64,000 bases of DNA, from assembly GCA_965366625.1 (NCBI GenBank), contig CBDUGP010000022.1, positions 21,165-85,164 on the forward strand. The letters are read 5' to 3'. The notes under the pieces are model-generated. The model searched no databases and was not told the origin of the DNA. It saw only the letters and a list, made by a program, of their open reading frames with translations. How positions within the stretch are numbered: position 1 is the first letter of the stretch; each line of letters starts with the position of its first letter. Both the position numbers and the translations under genes were made by a program. Below, piece after piece: positions 58,374 to 64,000 of the stretch. The DNA comes from an uncultured bacterium (GTDB taxonomy: Bacteria; Acidobacteriota; Thermoanaerobaculia; Multivoradales; J023).

Positions 58374-61228
58374 TCCTCACCGTCGACCGACAAACCGTCG
58401 AGATCCGAACCGGCGAATCCCTGCTCGTCGCCATGTTGCGCGCTGACCTTCATCCCACCGGAGGCGGCTGCCTATGCCTCGCCGGCGACTGCGCCCACTG
58501 CCTCGTGACCGTCGACGGCGTGGCTTATTCCCGGGCCTGTCAGATTCCGGCCCGCCCCGGTTTGGTGGTGGAACGAAACCACCGTGACGGCGCCCCTCCC
58601 TTGGCTCTTGAAGACCAGGTTCTTGAAGACCAGGTTCTTGAAGACCTGGCCCAAGGGCACCATCCCGGACAGGGCGTCGACATCCCAAGCCGGCATCTCT
58701 GGTGCGATGTGGTGGTGATCGGCACTGGACCCGCGGGTCGGGCGGAGGCCGAGCAGGCCCGAGCCGACGGCCGAGAGGTGGTGACCCTGGACGCGGCGGA
58801 CGGCCAGGAGGTGGTCGGCATTTACCAGGGTCCATTGGTGGTCGCGCGCACGGCCGAGGCCACGCTTTGCGTCCATCCCCGGGATGAGGTCGTGGTGGCC
58901 ACCGGAGCGGCCGAGCTTCAACCCGTGGTGCCCGGATCCCATCTCAGAGGACTGCTGACCGCACGAGCCGCAACCGAACTCGCCGCCGCCGGTTTCGAAC
59001 TCGGCAAGGTGGTGGCCATTGGCGAGTCGCCCGCTGGGCTCGAAGCCCAACCAGCCGACGGAACGCTTTGCCGCTTTGAAGGCAACAGCAAGGGTGACGG
59101 CAAGGGCAACGGCAAGGTCGAGGCGGTGGTGACGATCGACGAGAAGGGTCGAGAGTGTCGCTACCCCTGCGACACGGTTTCCTTAGGCCTTGGATTCCAA
59201 GCCCGGGACGCCCTATTGCGCATGGGGCGCGGACTGCCCGTGCGGGCGGTGGGTGACGCGGCGAAAACCTTCGATCCACCCCCTTGCCCGAGCTCCGGTG
59301 AGATTTGCCCGTGCGCCGGCGTCATCGTGGAGGATTTAGAAAGCGTCTGGCAGCGCGGGTTCCACGAACTCGAGCTGGTCAAGCGCGCTACCCTCGCCGG
59401 CACCGGGACTTGCCAAGGATCCACCTGCCTGCCCTATTTGCGCAGCTTCCTGGCCGCCAAGGGCGGTGAGCTCCAAGCCCCGTTCACTGCGCGTCCCATG
59501 ACCCGCCAACCCACCGTCGGCGAAATCGCCGCCGGTGCCTTTCACCAGAGCACGCCGCGCACCCCGCTCCACGACGAGCATTTGCGACTCCACGCGCGCA
59601 TGGAACGGTCGAGCGGCTGGTGGCGACCTTGGACCTACGGCGACACCGAAACCGAATACTTGGCCGCCCGCAAGGCAGTCTCCATCGGCGACATCGGCAC
59701 CTTGGGCAAATTCATCGTCGCGGGCCCCGACGCACAGGAATTCTTGAACCTCATTCTGCCGACGCGAGTCGAGACCCTAAAACCCGGAGCATGTCGCTAC
59801 GTCTTGTTGTTGGACGAGCGGGGCTACGTGGTGGACGACGGGCTGATCGCCCGTGAGCACCAGGACCCCACCGCCGGCAGTCGGTTCTACTTGACCCTGA
59901 CCAGCGCAGGTTCCACTTTCGGCGAGCTGTGGCTGCGGGATTGGGCCGAATCCAAAGGGGACGTCACGGTGCTCAACCAAACCCAAAGCCTCGGCGCCAT
60001 CAACGTCACCGGACCGAAAGCCGCCGAGCTACTAGCGCGGGCCGGCACGACCTTCTTGCCGTCGTTTTCGCGCCACGGCCACGCCGAGGTCGCCGGCATT
60101 CAGTGTCGGATCTTGCGCTTGAGCTTCACGGGCGAGCTTTCCTACGAGCTGCACCATGCCGCCGCCGACTCGGTCTTTCTTTGGCGCGCCCTGCTCGAGC
60201 TGGGAAAAGACCTGGGGATCCGCCCCCACGGCCTCGACGCCTTGCTCAAATTACGCCTCGACAAGGGACATCTGGTGGTTGGGCTCGATACGGACTTCGA
60301 CTCCACCCCCCGTCGGCTCGGCTATGCTTGGGCGGTCAGACTCGATAAGGACGACTTCGTCGGCAAAGCGGCCATCGAGCGCACCAACCGGATAGAGCTC
60401 GACCGTCAACTGGTGGGTCTCGAAATGGACCTGCCGGCGCCTCCCCAGGGCACCGTCGTTCGCCGCCCACGGACCGACGGAACCTACGAGTCCGACGGGA
60501 CTGACGAGCCGGTCTACGCGGGATATGTCACTTCGAGCAGCGCTTCTCCCGTGCTCGGACGGGCGGTGATGCTCGCTTGGATCGAGCAAGTGGACGGTCA
60601 ATGTCCCCGTGAGCTGGTCGTCGACGGACGCCCCGCCCGTCGGGTAGATCTGCCCTTCTACGACCCGAAACACCAGCGCTCGAGAGCTAAGGTTCCCTTC
60701 GAGCACGGCCGAGACTCGGCCGAAGGCCGGGTCAAGGGCCGGGTCGAGGGCAAGGCCGACCGCGAGCCGGCAAACGGCGGGTCCGAAGACCTAGGGCGAT
60801 TTCAACGTCTCGAAGGCACCCGCATTGCCGGGCCGGCTCACCTCTTGGATCGGCTCCAACTGCCGTCGGATCGTCTCTGCCTGCCCATCGCGCCCGACGA
60901 GCTTCTGATCACCAGCTCGACTCACAAAGATGACCTAAAGCTCGACGGCGGCGGAGCAGACGCCCTAGATCGCGTTCTCATCGAGCGGGAAACCGGCTTT
61001 GCAGCCGCCTGGCTGGACATGGAAGAAGCCCTTGAATTCCTGGAACGATCGTGCAGCTGGCCTTTGCCGGCCGCGCCTGTGCCGGCCGCGCCTGTGCCGG
61101 CGGATCGGCCCGCCTTTGCCCAAGGTCGGATCGCGGACCTGCCGATCAAGCTTTGGTTCGAAGAAATGCGGGTGCTTTTCCTGGTACCAGGTAGTTGTGC
61201 GGCGGAGCTCGAGGCGCGCATGAAATGA
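58370..61228 (+). CDS. Sarcosine-oxidase-alpha-like protein (2Fe-2S, FAD, BFD-like, GcvT folate domains) with a fused gamma-like C-terminus
   Basis: Start re-called at ATG 58370 (ATGA overlap). Motifs CLCLAGDCAHC...RAC, IGTGPAG, ICPC...KRATLAGTGTCQGSTC, RTPLHDEH, DIGTLGKF, SFTGELSYELH and LRLDKGH, followed by a gamma-like tail. Confidence 0.85.
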   Translation: MILTVDRQTVEIRTGESLLVAMLRADLHPTGGGCLCLAGDCAHCLVTVDGVAYSRACQIPARPGLVVERNHRDGAPPLALEDQVLEDQVLEDLAQGHHPGQGVDIPSRHLWCDVVVIGTGPAGRAEAEQARADGREVVTLDAADGQEVVGIYQGPLVVARTAEATLCVHPRDEVVVATGAAELQPVVPGSHLRGLLTARAATELAAAGFELGKVVAIGESPAGLEAQPADGTLCRFEGNSKGDGKGNGKVEAVVTIDEKGRECRYPCDTVSLGLGFQARDALLRMGRGLPVRAVGDAAKTFDPPPCPSSGEICPCAGVIVEDLESVWQRGFHELELVKRATLAGTGTCQGSTCLPYLRSFLAAKGGELQAPFTARPMTRQPTVGEIAAGAFHQSTPRTPLHDEHLRLHARMERSSGWWRPWTYGDTETEYLAARKAVSIGDIGTLGKFIVAGPDAQEFLNLILPTRVETLKPGACRYVLLLDERGYVVDDGLIAREHQDPTAGSRFYLTLTSAGSTFGELWLRDWAESKGDVTVLNQTQSLGAINVTGPKAAELLARAGTTFLPSFSRHGHAEVAGIQCRILRLSFTGELSYELHHAAADSVFLWRALLELGKDLGIRPHGLDALLKLRLDKGHLVVGLDTDFDSTPRRLGYAWAVRLDKDDFVGKAAIERTNRIELDRQLVGLEMDLPAPPQGTVVRRPRTDGTYESDGTDEPVYAGYVTSSSASPVLGRAVMLAWIEQVDGQCPRELVVDGRPARRVDLPFYDPKHQRSRAKVPFEHGRDSAEGRVKGRVEGKADREPANGGSEDLGRFQRLEGTRIAGPAHLLDRLQLPSDRLCLPIAPDELLITSSTHKDDLKLDGGGADALDRVLIERETGFAAAWLDMEEALEFLERSCSWPLPAAPVPAAPVPADRPAFAQGRIADLPIKLWFEEMRVLFLVPGSCAAELEARMK

Positions 61229-62433
61229 ACGAATTCGTCGAACGCTTGATCTCTCTCCGCTGGGCTGAGCCGAAGCCCAGCTACGACGTGGTGATCGTCG
61301 GCGGTGGCGGCCACGGTCTGGCCACGGCCTACTACCTCGCCACCCGCCATGGCATCACCAACGTCGCCGTCATCGAACGGGGTTATATCGGCAGTGGCAA
61401 CTCGGGCCGCAACACCACGGTCATTCGAGCCAATTACGGCATTCCCGAAGCGGTGCGCTTCTACCAACATAGCGTTGAGCTCTATCAAGGTCTCGAACAA
61501 GAGACCGGGCGCTCCCTGATGCACGAGCGCAAAGGGCTCCTGTGGCTTGCCCACAGCGAGTTGGGGGCCCGCGCCGAGCGGGCACGGGCCGAGCTCAACA
61601 CCGCCTTCGGCGCCGAGACTGTTTATGTCGAACGGGACGAAATCCGCCGGATTTGCCCCCAGCTCGACCTCGACGGCGCCGGCGTTTGGCCGGTTCGCGG
61701 CGGCAGCTTTCATCCCGCGGCGGCCACCGCCCGCCACGATCGCGTAGTCTGGGCGTATGCGGAAGGCGCCATGAGCCGGGGAGTGGACGTCATTCAACGC
61801 ACCGCGGTCAGCGGCCTAAACATGGACCGCGGCCGAGTGGTCGGGGTGGAAACCTCCAAGGGCCCGATCCACGCCGGCTTGGTCGTCTCCGCGGTCGGTG
61901 GGCATGTGACGAGCCTGGCGTCGATGGCCGGTCTTCGTTTGCCGATCCGCACTCACCCTTTGCAGGCTTTCGTCACCAACCACTACCAGCGACAATTCCA
62001 CCCGATCGTCGCATCCGCCGACCTGCTCTTCTACGCCTCCCAAACCGCCCGGGGCGAGATGTTGATCGGCGCCGAAATCGACCGCCAACCCAGCTATTCC
62101 TATCGCGCGGGTCACCCCTTCATCCAAAGCTGCGCCCATCGCGCCATGACCCTCTTGCCGTTCCTCGGCCGACTGAAAGTCTTGCGTCAATGGACCGGCG
62201 TGTGCGACATGAGCCCGGACTACTCCCCCATCCTCGGCAAATCGGGGGTCGACGGCTTCTATTTGACCACCGGCTGGGGCACCTGGGGATTCAAGGCGAT
62301 TCCCGCCGGTGGCGAGCAAATGGCCCGCTTGATCGCCGAAGAAGAAACTCCGGAGCTGATCGCCCCCTTTTCCTTGGATCGTTTCGCCCGCGACCGCACC
62401 CTCGCGGACCGCGGCTCCTCCGGCACCCATTAG
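61225..62433 (+). CDS. soxB: Sarcosine oxidase subunit beta-like FAD-dependent oxidoreductase
   Basis: Start re-called at ATG 61225 (ATGA overlap). YDVVIVGGGGHGLATAYYLA, GSGNSGRNTT, HPLQAFVT and GWGTWGFKAIP. Confidence 0.88.
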   Translation: MNEFVERLISLRWAEPKPSYDVVIVGGGGHGLATAYYLATRHGITNVAVIERGYIGSGNSGRNTTVIRANYGIPEAVRFYQHSVELYQGLEQETGRSLMHERKGLLWLAHSELGARAERARAELNTAFGAETVYVERDEIRRICPQLDLDGAGVWPVRGGSFHPAAATARHDRVVWAYAEGAMSRGVDVIQRTAVSGLNMDRGRVVGVETSKGPIHAGLVVSAVGGHVTSLASMAGLRLPIRTHPLQAFVTNHYQRQFHPIVASADLLFYASQTARGEMLIGAEIDRQPSYSYRAGHPFIQSCAHRAMTLLPFLGRLKVLRQWTGVCDMSPDYSPILGKSGVDGFYLTTGWGTWGFKAIPAGGEQMARLIAEEETPELIAPFSLDRFARDRTLADRGSSGTH

Positions 62434-62454
62434 ACGCACCCGAGCAAGCCAAAG

Positions 62455-62697
62455 ATGAGCATCCCAATCACTTGCCCCCACTGTGGCCCGCGACCGATGG
62501 AAGAATTTCTCTTCGGCGAGATTCCCGTGGTTCCCGACGCCTTGACCGACCCCCAAGACCGGAACTTGGACCGAGCCTTCATGCACCAAAACCCCGAGGG
62601 ACCGACCGTCGAGCGCTGGTTTCACCTCTACGGCTGCCGCCGATGGTGCACGGTGCGGCGGGATACCCGCACGGACGATATTTCCGAAACCCGCTAA
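62455..62697 (+). CDS. soxD: Sarcosine oxidase subunit delta-like
   Basis: ITCPHCGPRPMEEF...ERWFHLYGCRRW (Cys3His zinc motif). Confidence 0.88.
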   Translation: MSIPITCPHCGPRPMEEFLFGEIPVVPDALTDPQDRNLDRAFMHQNPEGPTVERWFHLYGCRRWCTVRRDTRTDDISETR

Positions 62698-62740
62698 AAT
62701 ACGCCTTGAGCCATGTGAAGACATACCATCGGGAGGCCCC

Positions 62741-63487
62741 ATGTCGATCGAATCCCCAGAAGATCTAGCCGCCCTGCGACGCATCGGTTTCATCGTCGCG
62801 GATACCGTCAAGAAAATGTTCGCCTATGCTCGCATCGGCATGACCACCGCCGAGCTCGACGCCTTCGGCAAAAGCATTCTCGACGGTTGCGGCGCGCGTC
62901 CCGCACCCCAGCTTTGTTACGGTTTCCAGGGCTCGACCATGATCAGCATCAACGAAGAGGTCGCCCATGCCATCCCGGGCGACCGGATCTTGCGCAACGG
63001 CGACATGGTCAATATCGACGTCTCCGCCGAGCTCGACGGTTATTTTGCCGACACCGGCTTCACCCGTCCGATCGGTTTCGCCGAGCCGAAGCTCCACGAG
63101 CTGTGCGCCGCCGGCCAGGAAGCGCTACGGCTCGCCCTGCTGGCGGTCACCGATGGCGGCAGAATGGCGGACGTCGCCAAAGCGATTCGAGGAGTGGCTC
63201 GCCGACGCGGCTTCTCGGTGATCGAAAACTTGACCGGCCACGGCGTGGGTCGTCACATCCACGAGCCCCCGCACCACGTTCCCAACTTCACCAAAAAAGC
63301 CGATCGGCGACGATTCAAAAAAGGCACCGTGCTGACCCTCGAGCCCTTCCTCTCCACCGGCCCTCGCCAAGCCCTTGAATCGGCCGACGGTTGGACCCTG
63401 GTGACCCCCAAAGGCCACCACAGCGCCCAATTCGAGCACACCGTGGTGGTAACCGACAGCGAGCCCTTGATCCTCACCGCGGCCTAA
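62741..63487 (+). CDS. map: Type I methionyl aminopeptidase
   Basis: SINEEVAHAIP, DMVNIDVS, GYFADTG, GHGVG...HE, TLEPF and SAQFEHT. Confidence 0.95.
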   Translation: MSIESPEDLAALRRIGFIVADTVKKMFAYARIGMTTAELDAFGKSILDGCGARPAPQLCYGFQGSTMISINEEVAHAIPGDRILRNGDMVNIDVSAELDGYFADTGFTRPIGFAEPKLHELCAAGQEALRLALLAVTDGGRMADVAKAIRGVARRRGFSVIENLTGHGVGRHIHEPPHHVPNFTKKADRRRFKKGTVLTLEPFLSTGPRQALESADGWTLVTPKGHHSAQFEHTVVVTDSEPLILTAA

Positions 63488-63521
63488 CCTACTGAGAAAG
63501 AACGTTAATCACCCGACAATA

Positions 63522-63611
63522 AAAGCGCGCGGGGTCGAACGAGGACGGCCGAGTATGTCTGAGCGCAGCGAGTTGCGCAGGCCGACCGCAGTCGAGCCCG
63601 ACGCGCGCTTT
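63522..63611. repeat. About 90-bp imperfect inverted repeat (REP/MITE-like or terminator)
   Basis: AAAGCGCGCG...CGCGCGCTTT outer stem, inner GGGTCGA/TCGAGCCC and CGGCC/GGCCG pairs, and TGTCTGAGCGCAGCGAGTT near the loop. Confidence 0.55.
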
Positions 63612-63753
63612 GGCGGGTAGCTAGATTTGGGATTAGCAGCCGCCACTGCCGCCACCCGCCTCACCAAGCCCAGCGGTCTTTGGCTTCATCTGACGCATAC
63701 CCTGTCGTAGGCATATGATGTAGAGGTTCAGCCGAGCCAAAGCCGAAGCGGAG

Positions 63754-64000
63754 ATGGAGTCCGAAATGCCTGAAACCAACGATCCCCAAGCCCACGACGC
63801 GCACAAAACTGGGGCGCCGAAACCGGGCTGCATCATGTGCGACAGCCTCTACGTCAAACCCGACGGGGGTCTACCCTGTTGGGACGACGTCGGCGAGGAC
63901 TTGATCCTGCGCACCTTGGACGAACAGAAGCTGATCGCGGGCACGGAAGAGCCGGTCTTTTACACCCCCGAACTCAAACACATCCGTAGTTCGTTCCGCG
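63754..64000 (+). CDS. 5' fragment of a Cys-containing protein (SPASM/radical-SAM-like, tentative), runs off the window edge
   Basis: Not in the ORF track. ATG 63754 or 63766 opens ...PGCIMCDSLYVKPDGGLPCWDDVGEDLILR..., with no stop before 64000. Confidence 0.45.
   Translation, partial: MESEMPETNDPQAHDAHKTGAPKPGCIMCDSLYVKPDGGLPCWDDVGEDLILRTLDEQKLIAGTEEPVFYTPELKHIRSSFR

Noticed and set aside
10349-61224. Longest-ORF starts at 10349, 18181, 20802, 47728, 48637, 58058 and 61195
   Set aside because: Downstream ATGs have a better RBS, an ATGA coupling or a domain start, and several of the extensions overlap neighbouring genes.
1-64000. Prophage or integrative-element core genes
   Set aside because: No integrase, terminase, capsid, relaxase or T4SS genes were recognised, despite the att-like tRNA fragment.

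Overview
GC-rich bacterial window with about 30 credible genes, mostly encoding exported or surface proteins. The gene types (two VWA-related genes, an ECF/zf-HC2/CHAT module, C-terminal F-x-D-[GD]-F-E-x-G motifs, an IPTL-CTERM) suggest Acidobacteriota, possibly Thermoanaerobaculia-like; this is inference only. Left to right: a modular CBM6 protein, a DUF2959 lipoprotein, an ECF sigma / anti-sigma / hypothetical / TPR-CHAT module, an FG-GAP protein, an M28 aminopeptidase, a LamG protein with a CxxCH, DksA-like and SnoaL-like genes, a flavin-dependent halogenase-like gene and a RAYT-like HUH transposase. Next comes a decayed zone with a paralog remnant, a TPR remnant and a tRNA-Thr 3' half that looks like an att site. 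A minus-strand operon follows, built on a 7590-aa ORF that appears to be two proteins joined in frame: a surface giant ending in IPTL-CTERM, then a transglutaminase-like protein with a C-terminal lipase-type domain, followed by an immunity-like gene. The right third holds an M14 carboxypeptidase, a VWA-TPR-VWA operon, a second RAYT-like gene, an NSS transporter with a rearranged sarcosine-oxidase-like cluster, and map. The most striking unexplained signals are (1) two short palindromic repeat families, GGTGCCWGGCACC and GAACAACTACCTGGTWCCGGTC, each found beside one RAYT, in distant arrays, and in frame inside genes; and (2) the possible polyprotein / polymorphic-toxin giant locus. No intact tRNA or rRNA, CRISPR-Cas, integrase or phage genes were seen. 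All family assignments come from motif recognition by eye, not database searches.
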